DNA of 63,025 nucleotides from positions 805,690-868,714 of the forward strand of contig BFEA01000041.1 of the NCBI GenBank assembly GCA_003427395.1. The letters are read 5' to 3'. Within the stretch, counting starts at the first letter, position 1. Each line of letters begins with the position of its first letter. The notes beneath the pieces were generated by a model. That model worked only from the letters and a program-made list of their open reading frames with translations. It did not search any database and was not told the origin of the DNA. This DNA is from Chara braunii. Lineage: Eukaryota > Plantae > Charophyceae. Positions 13,678 to 28,399 of this stretch are shown piece after piece. Position numbers and translations under genes: made by a program.

Positions 13678-16170
13678 TTGAGAGGACTCATTCATATGTG
13701 TGTGGTACCTCAATGTTGGACCAATGGTGTGGCAGTGGTTCAAAGGGGTATGCTCCAAGTCATGCAGGACATCTCTCATGAGATAACCAGCCCCTATATT
13801 GATCATAACCATGTGAAAGGACCTATAGTAAGAGATGGGACTTTGGTTGCTGATGGAGTCGGAAAGTTTGTATGGGAACATGTTGAAGGGGTAAAGATGG
13901 TCCTAGAGAGACTTCAGAAATATCACATGACTGCTAGTGGGTCAAAGTCGTTTCTCTTTCAAGCAGAGGTAACCCATCTTGGACTTTAGATGTTTCTCCA
14001 AGGGTAGGAGTCCAGACCCCAAGAAAATAGATAAAATTTTTAACTGACCTCTGTCTTTCAAACAAGTGACAGACATCAAAAGTTTTTGGGGTGTTTGTGG
14101 ATTCTGAAGGATTTTCATTTCGTTTTGCTACTCTTGCATAACCTCTAAGAGAGACAGTAAGACAAGGGGAAAATTTATCATGGACTGAGAAAAGACAGAT
14201 TGTTGCGAAAACTTTACAAGAGAAATTAAAAGATGGTGGTGTAGTACTGGGAGTGTCTTTCTATGATGATGAAGAGGGAAGACCCCTCAGCATCGAGGCA
14301 GGTGGAGAACCAGTAGCTCTTGGTGGTGTACTCATTAAAGAAGATGGAAATGGAAAAGAGAAACCTCTAAGATTTAATAGTAGAACTCTTAACTCTACAG
14401 AGAGAGACTACATTCAATTAAGAAAGGAACTACTGACAATTATCCACAGTCTTAGGTGTTTCAGGCATTATGTACTTGGATGAAGGTTCATCCTAAGGAC
14501 TGATGCATCTGCTGTGATTGGTGTTATTAAAAAGCATCAGCAAGTGGATCCAACAATAAGCAGATGGATTGTCTTCATTTGGACATTTGATTTTAAACTA
14601 AAAAGATTCTCACTAAGAATAATCGGGCAGATGGCCTAAGCCGAATTGAATGGAGAAGAGATGAGGATGAGGACGTTAATGGGGCAAGTGAAGAATTTTC
14701 CTATGTTGGTAACTTCCTGAATGAGGAAGACGATGAAGCTCCAAGTTCCTATAAGTGCAGTCTATGGTCTGAAGAAAGAGACAATTGGGGAGATACCCTA
14801 ATGCTTATGTCTATGAGTTAATTATCGAAAAGGAAGAAGAGGAAGAATAAAACGACTAGTATGCCAAAGTCAATGCAGTAGCTGTAACTGTTCATGAGAT
14901 AGGAGAAAGTTTTGGGTCAAAAAGTGATGAAAAAGTCAAAAAGAAATAATAACAGATTTCTTTTATTTCTTAGGAGTATGATGGAAGTTATCAAAAGATT
15001 GGGAAGCGGATGGAAAGAACAGCTAAAGGAATACTACTGCAAAAAATTCAAGGAGGAAGTTCGGACTAAAAAGAGGGCGTCTCTTTGTGGATGGCAAGGG
15101 TGGTTTACCTCCACTAAGAGTTGTATGTCGGATAGAAAGACAGCTAGAAATAATTGTTGCTCTACATGAGGGGGTTGCATAAAGTTGTTGAGACAATCTA
15201 ATCTAAGATAGTTAAACTGTACTTCTAGTCTGGCATGAGAGACATGATTTACAAATTATGTAAGTCGCGTGTATTATGTCAGAAGAGGTCGACTACGAGA
15301 ATGATTGAGCCTTTATTTCCTACTATCCTGGTACAACCAGGTAGACAAGTTAACTTGAACCTCGTTATCATGCCTTTAGGTAAAGGTGGCATGATATATA
15401 TATTGAATATGAGGGATAATTTTTCTGGATACGTTGAGGCAAAGGCTCTGAAGAGGAAGACGGTCGAGCAAGTAACTGACTGGATAGAGGAAGTCTATCT
15501 TAGATATCCCTTTATCAAAGAGTTTGTCTCAGACAGAGAATCTGAATTCAGGAATGAGATTGTAAGACGAATCACTCTCACACTGGGTGTCAGGATTCGA
15601 TATGTAATTGCTTACCATCCTTAGGCAAACGCACGTGTCGAGAGAGGTCACAAAACTTTAAAAGATTAGTTAAATGGTATGAGGGAAACCTTAGTAACTG
15701 GCCAAAAGTGTTGAGAGTCGCATTCTATACTGACAACATTACTATTAAGAGAACTACCGGATATAGTTCATTCACTTTGTGGTATGGTCGGTGTGCTACT
15801 CTGCCTATTGGGAGTATAATCAGAACATTGTCAAGTGAAGAGAGTGACAGGGAATACTCTATTTCAGAACTTCTTCAGATCAGAATGAAATAGATGTTAG
15901 AGGTTGATCAGGCAGTGATGAATGCTGCAGAAAGAATGACAACCAGCAAATTGTCATATCAAGAAAGATGAAATAGGAAGAGATACATAAGGAAGGAAAA
16001 ACTGAAGGTTGGGGACGTTGTCCTCTTGTTCGATAATTCCCTTGAGACTCACTGGACGAAACGACTAGAGCCCAGATGGCTCGGTCCCTACAGAATTACA
16101 TGTGAAGCAGAGAGAAAGATCTATGAGGTATCAGAGATTGATGGTTCAAGACTTCGTAAATTCATCTTCA
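13678..16170 (+). pseudogene. pol: Decayed Ty3/Gypsy pol: RT C-half, RNase H, integrase, GPY/F
   Basis: RT PQCWTNGVA...YIDH (from YIDD). RNase H KPLRFNSRTLNSTERDY...KELL...RTDA...DGLSR. Integrase core RDNFSGYVEA...FVSDRESEF...YHP*AN..VERGH. PRWLGPYRI. RT-RH-INT order, with many stops and frameshifts. Confidence 0.92.
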
Positions 16171-16785
16171 GAGACCCTGACTTGGTCCTTACAATGAATA
16201 CAAAGAGAGGGGGAAAAAAACAATCATCAAGTAAGAGAGTTGTTTTAGAAAACTGAGAGAAGTATAGTGAGACAGTAAGACACTGCAAGGACAAGAACTT
16301 CAACAGACATTGACTACTGTTGCATTGTCAATTCAATATGTCAACTTTCAGCATGTAAAACTCTGACATGAGGAACTTGAGAAACTTTTTTCAAGTGATA
16401 TATATTCGTCCCTGCATCCGAACTGATTTTATTATTTTTATAAATGACAGAATCAATGAGATCAAAGTGTCATGATTGTTAAGCCACAATCGACCCAAGA
16501 GCATCAGATCCCTAAGTAGGGAACAACTGTGAGGAGCAGTGGCAGTGAGAAAGTGACGAGAGGTCATCCTTCTAAGTATTGATACAATATCAAGCTCGGG
16601 GAACTCGTGGTTGTGACACGTCAAAGAGTAACTAGTACTAATCTCGAGATGAAGAGAAAATCTGACGGGCATAAAGAGGTTCAACTCTACTTGAGTAGAA
16701 AGTTGTCAGTGGAGGGACTTCATGTCTTTTGACTGAGTTGTCAATCCAAAAGATCTATCATGAAGATAGGCATTAAGAAGTTAAG

Positions 16786-19141
16786 TGTTGCTTGATCAGA
16801 GAGTTGTCAACACAGGGACTTTGTGTTTCTTGACTAAGGTGTCTATCTTCTGTCTCGGATGGGGTAAGGGACCTCTCTGGGATCAACACTTTGTATTTCC
16901 TGAGGCTGAAGGGAGGTCTCTAGGAAATGCACAGTCGGTTGTTTGTTATTGTTGTTTAGTGTCTCTTTGGACTGAAGGGACGTCTCTTGAGAAATGTTTG
17001 TTTTGTTATCTGAGGCATGAACTGTCTGACTGTGGACACGAGATGTTTGTTGGTTGTCTATGTTTGTGATTTTCTTCTCTAACCCGAAGATGCATTGATT
17101 GTCGGGGACAGCGAGAGCCTTATCGCAGTAGGTTGCAATCTGGTGGGGTCAGCAAGTCCCCGACGCGAGTGTCAAATTCGGTAGTTGACTGAGGCTAAGA
17201 CTCCAGGAGTCTGGCCTGTGAGGTCAAGAGGGGTCAGCTGGAACCCTACTGCAGTCAAAGGATGCAATTCGGTGAGGTTCGCCAGAGCCTGGAACCCGTG
17301 GTTAGACCGGGTCCCACTTTCAGAAATCCAGGCGGGGCAGCCAGCGCCCTAGGCCAAAAACTGGTGGGTGAGTTGACCCCCGACCGCAGTGTTCAAATCC
17401 GGGTACGGGACAGTTTGATTGACGGTCATAGGGTGACCAGACCCACTATAGTCTGGGTATCATAGCATAAGGTGCGCCAAAGGGTCACCATACTCGAGTA
17501 GTGGGTATGGTGGTCCTGATGTGGAGGCCTATATTGCACGCCCGGTCACGGCCGGGGCCGAAAACTCGGCCGCGGCCCGCGGCCGTCGGCCAAATCGGCC
17601 GGGTTCGGACATGGCCGACCAGCCAAGTTTGATGCAGCTATTTTTTTTCCCATATTTTAACGCACAAAAAAAAAAAAAAAGGGCGTGTATGGTTTTTTGA
17701 ACCCTACACGCCCACCCATATTTTTTGGGGGGGCATTGTTNNNNNNNNNNNNNNNNNNNNNNNNNNNNNNNNNNNNNNNNNNNNNNNNNNNNNNNNNNNN
17801 NNNNNNNNNNNNNNNNNNNNNNNNNNNNNNNNNNNNNNNNNNNNNNNNNNNNNNNNNNNNNNNNNNNNNNNNNNNNNNNNNNNNNNNNNNNNNNNNNNNN
17901 NNNNNNNNNNNNNNNNNNNNNNNNNNNNNNNNNNNNNNNNNNNNNNNNNNNNNNNNNNNNNNNNNNNNNNNNNNNNNNNNNNNNNNNNNNNNNNNNNNNN
18001 NNNNNNNNNNNNNNNNNNNNNNNNNNNNNNNNNNNNNNNNNNNNNNNNNNNNNNNNNNNNNNNNNNNNNNNNNNNNNNNNNNNNNNNNNNNNNNNNNNNN
18101 NNNNNNNNNNNNNNNNNNNNNNNNNNNNNNNNNNNNNNNNNNNNNNNNNNNNNNNNNNNNNNNNNNNNNNNNNNNNNNNNNNNNNNNNNNNNNNNNNNNN
18201 NNNNNNNNNNNNNNNNNNNNNNNNNNNNNNNATTCCGCCCCCCCGTTTTTTAAGTTTTTATGTTTTTTTTTTGCGAGGGGGTAGGGGAGCCCCCCCCGAC
18301 TCGAAACTTACTCCCCGCTCTCAGATCCCCCTTCCTGATCGGCCACGGCCGCGACCGAAAGTTCTCGACCGGAGCGGCCGTGGCCGGGGGGGTCCCGCCG
18401 CGGCTACGACCGTACTCGGCCGCGGCCAGGGGGGAACATATGTGGAGGCAAGTTAAAGAGGCTGTCAAGACAAATGGTCTCACTAGTACTGGCCTGCTGC
18501 GGCCTGAATGAGGGATGTCAGACTGACGCGAGGTCTGTCATCTCTGGCCAGTGGTGGGCCAAAACCAAGGCAATCAATAACTCTTGGGTATGAGGAGCTG
18601 TTTATGTTACTCATTATTTTGTTATTAGTTTTTATTTTATTTTATTTTATTTATTTTTATTTAGTTGCTGCGTGATGGTTGTTTGTCAGAGGATTTGCAT
18701 GTTGAGGTCATGCTTGATGGCTTGTGGAGCTCGATGTTTTGCATGTTTATGCAGGTCGTCTGAGCTCCCAGGCCTGAGAAAAATAAAGAGGTTTGGTATC
18801 CCCCTTTGTTTGCTTGAGAAAGTTGAGAACATGCCTCACTAAGGCCAGAGAAAGAGAACAGGGTTTGGTATCCCCTTCGTTTGCTTGAGAAGTTGAGAAG
18901 ATGTCTCACTAAGGCCAAAGAATCGAAAAAGGGTTTAGTATGTCTTAACCCTAATACTGTTGGCAATGAATGTTCACAATGTCAACGTCATATTGATAAT
19001 ATCATTGAGATTGCTATCGAAAATGTCAGACGAGGTAACCTCTTCATCGTAAAATCTCAAGGAGAGATCAGATTCAAGATGATGAGAGGTCAAAGTTAAC
19101 GGCAGACAAGAAAATTAAGAGATAATCCTTCTTAAATTTTA
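16786..19141 (+). mobile_element. LTR (right copy) of the Gypsy element, interrupted by a DNA-transposon insertion
   Basis: Starts TG at 16786. Repeats 12151-13670. Followed by PBS-like TGGTGACCGACAGAG at 19144. Confidence 0.8.
17529..18441. mobile_element. Non-autonomous DNA transposon inserted in the right LTR
   Basis: (AT)GTGGAGGC is duplicated at 17519-17528 and 18440-18449 but single in the left LTR. Imperfect ends CTATATTGC / ATATGTTCC. GGCC-rich subterminal repeats. Contains a gap. Confidence 0.75.
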
Positions 19142-22100
19142 TTTGGTGACCGACAGAGTGGCATGGTTCACGAGGAACCTGCATCCCCGGCCTCAAGGCA
19201 TTCAAACTCTTAAGCAATTGACGTTATGAGATATGGAATGGACTGAGGCATCAAGGAAAAGAAAGACTCAGAAGTTCAAAGAAAGGACCTCGTGCTTATG
19301 CAAGATGTAAAAGATAATCATGAACTCTATTTGAAGGAGAAGGAGAGGAAAAAAATGCAGCAGAGAGTGCAGTTATTGAACTGGGGCAAAGAGGGAGTCA
19401 TGCATAGGATAGAGGGCGAACGTACAAACACTAACGCCTTACTTGTCGCATGGGTGATAGGTGCTCTACGGGAATACGGAGGGGAGGAATTATTGGGAGC
19501 ATCGTAGCATACCTCATACTTCTTCTGATAATATTCCATCCTCGTTGGGGATGGAGTTCTCTCATATCACCCGGGGAATAAGTGGTGTCGGCAGGTCCTT
19601 GAGTGGGTCCCGTACCCATACCTCTCTTCTTCCTCCTCCTCCCTGATAATGTGTCGTCTGGCACGTGATGCTGGCTCCTCTGGAACCTTCCCACCTCTAC
19701 CACCTCTTCCTCTTCCCTGTCCCCGACGCACTTTAGGCATGGTGCACGTGTAGCTATGGAGATCGAGAACGAGAGAATATTGCAAAGATGAAGGGGGCGC
19801 GCTACTAAGGGAGAGAGGAGCACGATCGCACTGTGTTGTGTGTCGTAGCAAAACGCGAACTGAAAGCTAGTGTAAAGTTGCGGCAAAAAAACTTCACAAC
19901 ATGTTACTGCGGTAGTGAATGGATGAGCTCTTGATTAGCATTGTTTTATACTATTCAGCTGCTGCGTTTTGGGCCCAGCGGGGACGCTGGGTGAGGGGTT
20001 GGTATCATGTCAGAGGGCGCGGTGTCCCGACCCTCCACTGCGTGGTAGGCATCTGCTTGTGTAATCCCGCTGTATACCAGGCATACCCTGTTTCTCGACC
20101 CCCCATATAGTATCAGGTGTGTTTGCTTCTCAGTGGTGTGCCAAGCTCGCCAAGGCCAGTTCCTAGATTGGTCCAATAGGCGCTTCCACAAGGAAAAGGG
20201 GTGGTGTGTTGCCACTAGGACTCACCATCGGCCTACTAAGGATCTATGCTCTGTCGTACTGCAGAGCTCTGCCGGCTTGTGGTGGTCGTCGTCCAGGGAC
20301 GCGAGAATATCGGGGTCGGCGCGGTACTCTCTATTGTGCACCGATCCCCTTTTGACAGATTAAGGGTAGTATACATAGGTCAGGTGGTGGTAGTGGAGTT
20401 CGGAGTGAAAAAAAAAAAAAAAAAAAAAAAAAGGAAAGCGAGAAAAGTTACACCGTGAGTCTGCAGTCTGAATCGAACCGTTAGTTTCACATGGTTTATC
20501 TAAGTGTCTTCGGGCTGCGGCAATGCTATGTTTTCCTTCCTCTCTTTTTCTTTTTTTCTTACTACTATTACTATTATTCATACTATTGTTATCATCGTTA
20601 TTAGTCATCTTTTGAGCTTTGTTCCCCTCTGTCATTTCACGGGGGACGAACGGTTTGTTCTCGAATTGGGCAATAAACATATGGGTGGCCTAGCCCGCTC
20701 GATCTTCCGGCTTCAATCGTCGTGGGCTTAACTGGTAAGGTGCAATAGGTTCTGGGCCCAAAATGGGTGCACCCGCGGGCGTGTCGGTAGGAGGCTCATC
20801 ACCCCACAAGGGGTCATGAGTCCCCTCCTTGCCATCGGACACGGGTACCCATCAGGGGTAGTCCGTTGGTCCTCTTTAAAGGAAGGAGACTGGTCGTCGG
20901 TATTCCATTACGGGACCATAACGACGAGCCTATGAGTCACTTCACTTCAAAGGCGACCGATGGAGTACGACCTCTCGTTTTTCCTTTTCCTTCGTTTTAC
21001 TGGCCTTATTAATTTTGAAAAGCAATTTTTAATTTACAGAATCTGAAAAGGGTATTGGAATCCCTCATTCAGAACTCGGGGGTCACGGTAAGCAGCGATC
21101 CTATAAAGGCGTGAGGGAGACGAGCATTTGGCCACTTGGAGCATGAGCGATCTCACTACTCAGAGTACTGGTGGCCGAAGAGAGAGGGCTAGGCAGTGTG
21201 ATGAGTGTGCGAGAAGTCGTTTGTACCCGCATACTCATGCTCTGAGTGTTCGGCCCTGGGCTATCTCGAAACTTTGCGGCCTGGTACTGTGTACGGTCCA
21301 ATCAAGAGAGACTCGGCTATGGTGCGTAGCAACGGGTTGTTGTATGGCTATTGGCCAAGGTGCCTTCAATTTCTTTGGAGGTGGGAGCGGATATCAGGAG
21401 AAGGGCCTACAATGACGGCCATACTGGACTATAGCTACGGTAACCAGGAGGCGAAACTGGAGGTAAATGTAAAAGGGGGAAAAAAGGAAGAAATGAGGGA
21501 GGACCGGAGACTGCGGGCGGCCATTACGGAGGCCAAGAACCGGGCCGAGAGAAGATGCAGGAGGGACGGGGTCACAGACGAGGTGAAGGTGGCCATATCT
21601 TACCTGGAGGTGCAAACTTCAAGGGATACGGTGGAACGGGTGCAGAGGCACCTCGACCGCAACATGGAGGTTGAGAGTGAGGCGAGCGACCTGAGCGTGG
21701 AGACCCAGTCTTGGCATGGGTTGGACCAGTGGCGGAAGGACCACCTGTCGCCCGAGTCTGTAGAGAATGGCCCAGAGGCCAACTCCCGACGATGGCGGCA
21801 AGACTGAGGGCGAGAGGAGACACAGTTACGGTGACAGAGACGCGCACGACGATTACGCTCAAGACTGGGAGGAGAGAGACTCGAAGGTCAACGGGTGTTT
21901 GGGTGGCTCAAATGTGACCGGTAGGGACAGTGCTCTACAGGCGGAAAGAGCGCGCGGTGCACGGGGCAACCATGATTGGCATTCAATTACTTATACAAGA
22001 GTCTAGTCGCTCGAGATAATCGTCACCGACCTGCGACTTGTGCAAAACCTAGAAGGGGGACTTTGTGTCTTCATCAGCGGTACACTATGTTCTTTTTTGT

Positions 22101-25100
22101 GCAAGAAGGTTGTGGGCGCTCGCTTAGTGTAACAGGGGATTAGTCTTCTCGGGTACGGAGAGTTTTGGGTAGTACGAGATCAGTGAAGGAGGAGAGATAA
22201 AGAGGTGAAGTTACAAGTGTGGAGGGAGAAGGTGTGCGCAAGCAGCACATCCTAGAGGTCAACTCAGATTGAGAGGTGCATTGAGAGAGACGAGCGGGTG
22301 CAAAAAGAGGGACAGAACCAGCGTTCCCACGAGTGGGGGGTCACTCAACGACGCGAGGGGGAGATATGAGTGATACATACCTGCTCGGAAGTTCCCCTGT
22401 CAATTTAGTGTGGCTGGCGTCCGCTCACTTGACGACTGTCAGTCCTGCAAGCGTACCATGATCGGACATGAGCTTGGTTACTTGGTGATTGACAAGAGGG
22501 GTGACGGAGGCGAGTTATTGTGCGTCTTCGTTTCTCCTATGAGTGATTTACGACAAGTCACTTTGTGATGCCAAGACTAGTGGGGGGGAAGAACTGGTTG
22601 GAGCCAAGCTCCATGTGTGACTAGTGCGAGGAAGGGGTACGTACGTGAACACATGTACTGGGCGAGCCACGCAAAATCGAACCGTTGACATCACCTGCTG
22701 CCGCTAGCAATTATGGATCCTCCTTGCACTTGACGTCAGAAAACGAAGCGTGCGCGTTCGGCTGAGTGTGCACGAATGAGAGGAAATGTTGACATCAACG
22801 AATTTCAATCAAGAACAATATATTAGGTCTGCTAGCTCTCACCTCTCCTATGACTGAGATATTGGTGGGTGATGGCCATGAGGTTGAGAGGGCAAGCGAC
22901 ATTGATGGGATTCACAAATACTTGAGACCTTATTCGGCTAGAGGTAGATGAGGGTTGCACGCAAAAGATATCGACCCCATGTAACTTCTCTTGCTTGGGA
23001 AACTCGGAGCTCTTTTTATTTCAGGTATTTGGCTTACAGTTAGTGAAGGAGGGCTTCGACTGATCAAACCAGCTTGATTGTTAAGTTTTCTCCCGTTCTC
23101 TATTTCCTCTTACGAGCTTTGTTCGTTGAGCCTTGAGTCAGTAGACCGTGTCGAGTATTGGTCATGTATTCACCCTCTAGGTACGGAAAATGGTGAACTA
23201 GAAAAACAAAAGAAAGATTATGAGAGCGATGAATTGAGGTTTATGAAGAAATTAAGAGTTGTGTTTTCTTCTTTGGTGAAGAGCTGATAAGCTCATGAGT
23301 GGATTGGAGAAAGAACAGTCATGAGCCTACTTCGCATATTGAATAAGTCTCTATTTGTAAATCGGGATTATCACATAAGACTCGACGTACAAATTGCAAG
23401 AGGGATATGATCTTGAAACTTCTCAGCATGTATGTGTGGATGATTGATGGGCAAGAAACAACGTACCCTAAAGAAGATCGCATACTTGCTCGCAAAATTC
23501 CTAATAGATGGGGACTAATCTGGTGATTGATCGGAGTTGATCGAGCAGTGAGTCTCATTCGACGCAATTGTTAGCGAAGTCTTAGATGCAAAGTGCGATT
23601 TGTCTTTTCACGTTGAGCAAGTGAGAATTTGGGATGCAGCGTTTGACCTCCCTCTACTTGTTCTTTTGTTTACGAGGTACTCATGTTGTTCTGAACTTAT
23701 TTGCAAACCCTTCGCAATTCTGTGTCCCTTTACTCGAATGTCGCAACAAGACCGATGTTACTTAGCCCGGTATGCGGGTCCAGTAACATCCTATGTGGCA
23801 CCTAAGTGAAAGAATATTAAAGTCATCCCTCGTGACACTCAATCAAGATTCAAAAGTCATACCAGTCTTATCTTGCGTGACGCAGACAGGAATACAAGCT
23901 TTGAGTGACATCCCCTCGATCCAAGACAAAACAAGATTTTCCCTATTTATTTGTTTATTTACCAATTTAGTGCTTTACCTTGATTTGAGCGAGTAAGTAT
24001 TAACATGGGTTTTGGCTTCGAACTTTGCGAGTGCTCCATGTCGTTTATGAGAAAGTGCTCGGCGTGTGGATCTATCGAGCAAAGTGTAAAGGGGGTGGAC
24101 GTTCAGCGGAATACTCTACCCAAAACAAAAGTAGGGACAAAGTTTCTAGTGAATAATTAGAGGTAAATGTTTGGCAGATGCCCAACCATTGTACAAATAA
24201 AGAACAATCATATTTGATTATATGTTCAGGTCGACCACTCTGAGCAAGACTTGTCTCTACTCAGAATATTACTATCGAACTTCGACGGGCTTTGCACTAG
24301 AAGTCATCGTACTGCTTATAGTCACGTCTGTAGTCCGAGGTCGTTTCTCTCGAGCACAGTACGAGTGAGTTTTGTAATCCAAGGCCTTTGAAAAAATGGA
24401 TGATCTTCTCCGAGCGAAGTTCTGGTAAAAGTCAATACAGGGTACTGCCCTTCCCACGACAGTCGGCCTGGTCAAACTCGATAAGTTAGCTCTGACTGCT
24501 TTCTGTATCGCACTTTGTGAAACCAAAAAGCAGTTTTAACCTATCATTAGTGACTAATTTAGAGTCGTGCTTGACTGTGATCTATATTGGCGCTCGATAA
24601 TCATTTGGTTCGTGTCCCGTGGAGGTTTAAATCAATTAAGGGACTATCCATTACTTCAGCCAAGCCTCGGGCTGGATATAGGTTCAACAAACCCGTGGCT
24701 TCAGCCTTCGTGATTGCTACTAATGGAAATCTCGGTGTCAAATGCAACTATTAAGCTCTTTGCAATCAGCTAATCCCGATGAAGCATCAAACGAAAGCAA
24801 ATCGAGTTTTGTAGCCTCATACAGACCTGAACATTTGGCCTTATGGGAATAAAGTTCTTAAACATCAAATCACAAAAGCAGTAACAACTGTCAGCTTCGA
24901 GCCCCGGGTGTCAGGCATGACGGCAAACAGCCACTGGAAAGGGGCACTTAGGTGATCAATCCTCCTCCTCTAGATCAAAAAGCTTATCACTGTGATAGCT
25001 CGATAGACTGTAAGGTCTCAGACACCGACATATTTAACAAATAATTGAGCTATCTATTCAATGAGGCAATCGATAATGAAAAGGGAGTGAGCATGGCAAG

Positions 25101-25694
25101 TGTAAATACCCTTGTGATGTATGTATCACTTTATCGGGACAAAGAGGAGAACTAGGAAGACAAGGTTTTCAGTGAGATCGAGGATCATAAAAGAGAGCTG
25201 AGAGACTTGTCGAGTGGAAGAATTGAAAATCATCACAAATCCATAGAGTTTATGTTTTCATGTACGGATCTGATGAGAGTTTACATAGTACAGTCTTCCT
25301 CACGAATAACTCAACGGTTATTTTGTGGGGTCTCTATCAATCAGCTCTTGGGACAACGTCACTCAACCAGTGCGTTTAACAGAGATTCTTAAGATCGTAG
25401 TGGGCACTTCCAAGGGTCGTCCTTATCTGAGGGCAACATCATTCAAACCTGCCTCTCCCAACCAAGTCTCATCAAGTCAGTGGACGCTCAGCAGCCTGAA
25501 CTATGTTTCGGCACCTCGTCAACGGTGGTACACAACCTATGATGAAGTACACAGCAGTTCAAGTTGTCAAGCGTCTTAACTAGACTTCAACGTCCATCAT
25601 CAGCGAAACGGTCATCGGAGCAAATCGCCATTTATCTATTATCAGGTCAATATCAACCTATTGGTATCTCTGGTAGACATTCAGGCCTGTTTTC

Positions 25695-26345
25695 TTGTAC
25701 TTGTCTCGACACATGAGTTCAGTTCAGTCATTCTCAATCCAGGAGGTTGTTCTGACCAGTCTCAACAGGATCGCTTTCAAAGATGCTTTCCAGTACCGAT
25801 ATGTCAATGCAGTGGGTTTAAAGCAAGGAGACTTGTCAACTTTTGTGGTTCACACGAAGTTTGCAGGAGGTATCATTCATGACTTGAGGATCTATCTGAA
25901 GAAAGGCAAGGAGACTCATGAGCACTTCGATTCAGTTTGGGTCTCTGCAGCCAAGTACCTTGGGTAGAGAGAGAAAGAGCTTGATGAGAGTGGTATTAAG
26001 CTGATCCGCAGTTTTCGACCTAAGCTTTACACTGACTACCCCAAGCCTCTGAAACCCTTCACTCTTACTGATGGTTCTTATTGGAGTGACCTGGTGGATC
26101 TGGCTAAGAGGTACATCTCTCCCGCAACAATTGACTATGAGGCAGTGACTGAGCCTTCAGAGTTTCGGCATCTCAGACGAGGGATCTTCTCTCAACCATA
26201 TCTTCCTACTCTATGAGAGGAGTGTCATGGTTGATTTCCACATCATGTGATTTAGATGGAAGTGTTCAGAGCTTGCAGGTTTCGGATGGCTCTACATCCA
26301 GAGGCCACAACCTTAGGAAGTACGTGGGCATGGCCCGAGACATAA
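25695..26345 (+). pseudogene. Unidentified decayed reading frame in TE-like DNA
   Basis: One frame reads protein-like through a few stops (EVVLTSLNRIAFKDAFQYRY...KYLG*REKELDESGIKLIRSFRPKLYTDYP...). No motif recognised. Confidence 0.3.
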
Positions 26346-28399
26346 AAAACGCACGACCGAATGAGAGATCAATGATGAGACTTTAGAGGGATGAGTGAGG
26401 ACTCCTAACGGGTGTCGGTCATGCCTATCTATCTGTACTTTCTGAGACTATTATGAGTTCTCATTCTTCCCTCATTTATCTTTGTCATTGCTCGAGTCAG
26501 TCGGTCTTGCTTCACTTGCATTAACTTTGCTTGATGATTATGCTCTCTGATGATCATGTCACAGTTCTCAAAATTAGGAAATTGGCAAGATTGATGCATG
26601 CATGGCGTACCAGAATTTTATGATTAATATTTGCATGATTCTTTACTGTTCCGAATCAAAACAAAAGATTTCTAAGATCGGGGATCAGCGAAGACCGCAA
26701 TTGAAGAGTCTCGCTCGAAGCCGCACGCACACAACAGGAAGAGATTTGATTTAATTAATTTATTACAAACATCATCCAAAATCCTGCGTGGCAGCCTGTT
26801 GGCTTTCTGGTCGCCCGAAGAGGGTCGACTAGAAAAAGTGCGATAGCGGATGGTCACAATAGCGACCAGACACATCACCTACGGTCACAATAATGAGCAG
26901 ACACCTGCCCTCTTCGTGACTACCATGGAGAAAGGGAAGGATTGGGTAAGGGTCTCAGCGGAACCGATGAATGCCTCACCCTGAACTTCCCAAAACGGAA
27001 CGCTGACCCTTCTACCCGGAATCTCAACGTTCCACCAAAAATAAAACAAAATAAGAAAACCAAGCCACTAGTCATAGCCCTCGTACACGAGCAGACCGGG
27101 TTTGGGTCCTATGAATAAAAATGGGAAGCCATTTGGCTCAGCGATCGGCCCTGGGGTAAAACCAACGGGAATAAGTCTCGCAGTACCTTGGACCCCTCGA
27201 CCTCTTCGCTCACTCTCTTACTTCGCGTCACTTACTGACTTTGTTCCTTTTGTCTGCATTCTGAAAGTCCAATACCGTAACCAAGAGGGCTAGGCCCAGG
27301 TCTGAGCTTAGTTGGGGTCAACTTCAATATTAGTCCTATCAGTGATATGTTTAGGCTTATCAATAAACCAAGGTCATCACCTTGGCCTACCGGTTGGGCC
27401 CACTGAGACGAAAGCCTGACACCACCATGTGGGGTTCTAACCCCGATTAATATCCAGCGCACACGTTTACCACACAAGGGACGCGACATTGTCGATTTTG
27501 GTTCCCACTCGTGGCCACTTCTTCCACATCTCGCTCTTACTTTAGTAGACAAAACCTGCGGTTTTTACCCGTGTCGCACACCTTTTCGAGGCCGAACGTG
27601 GAACCCAATGATAAATAATTGCACAAAAAAGCAAGGCACTCTCTTGCGCTACGTACTATATAGGCCCCAACGTCGTCTAAAATCTAAACAATTGTAGTTA
27701 CGTCTGAACGTTGTACTAGTAGTCAAACTTGATGCTGGCCATAACAATGTCGTCTTTGCGTGCAAGCAGATCCCATAAACGAACATACCAATCAAAACAA
27801 ACCAATTTTTCTTTTTAATCATAGTTTAACCAAAGTAAAAATTATGGCAAAAAATGTCGGTTCACAACATACCAAACAAAATCATGCGCGCCAGAAACTT
27901 GTGCTTCCACTCTCTCCACTTTTACGTATCATAACCGCAACGTTGACCGTTGGAGGACCGATCACACTCGTTCAGGCTTTCAAATTTCAATTAAAATTTT
28001 ATCTTTGTCACCTGTACAAACAAGGGTGGATACACTTGTAAGCAGGGTCGCCGACGTTCAGGATAGGCGGAATGCACGAACCCGAATGGCCAAACATTTG
28101 AAACCCCTTCTCGACGCGTTCGGCAGTTCGGTCGAAAGCGGACAAAAAAAAAAAGAAAAAAAGAAAAAGTAATATGTTATGCAGAAGAATAAACTGAACA
28201 ACATTTTCTTGAACGTTACATCCAAATTCTTTACCAAATTTGAAATAAAAATAAAATAATAATAGTAAATAATATTAATAAAAATTAAAAAAATAAAACG
28301 AGAATAAAATTATTGAGTGGGCAAGCATGTTTTTGACACCGCCATCTTTGGCGATTTTTTTATTTTTTTTTTGAAAAATGCCATAAAAATTTATATATG

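Noticed and set aside
19445-27580. Single giant solo LTR (TGTCGCATGGGT ... ACCCGTGTCGCACA)
   Set aside because: End symmetry is imperfect and no TSD matches; left as unresolved TE-like DNA.
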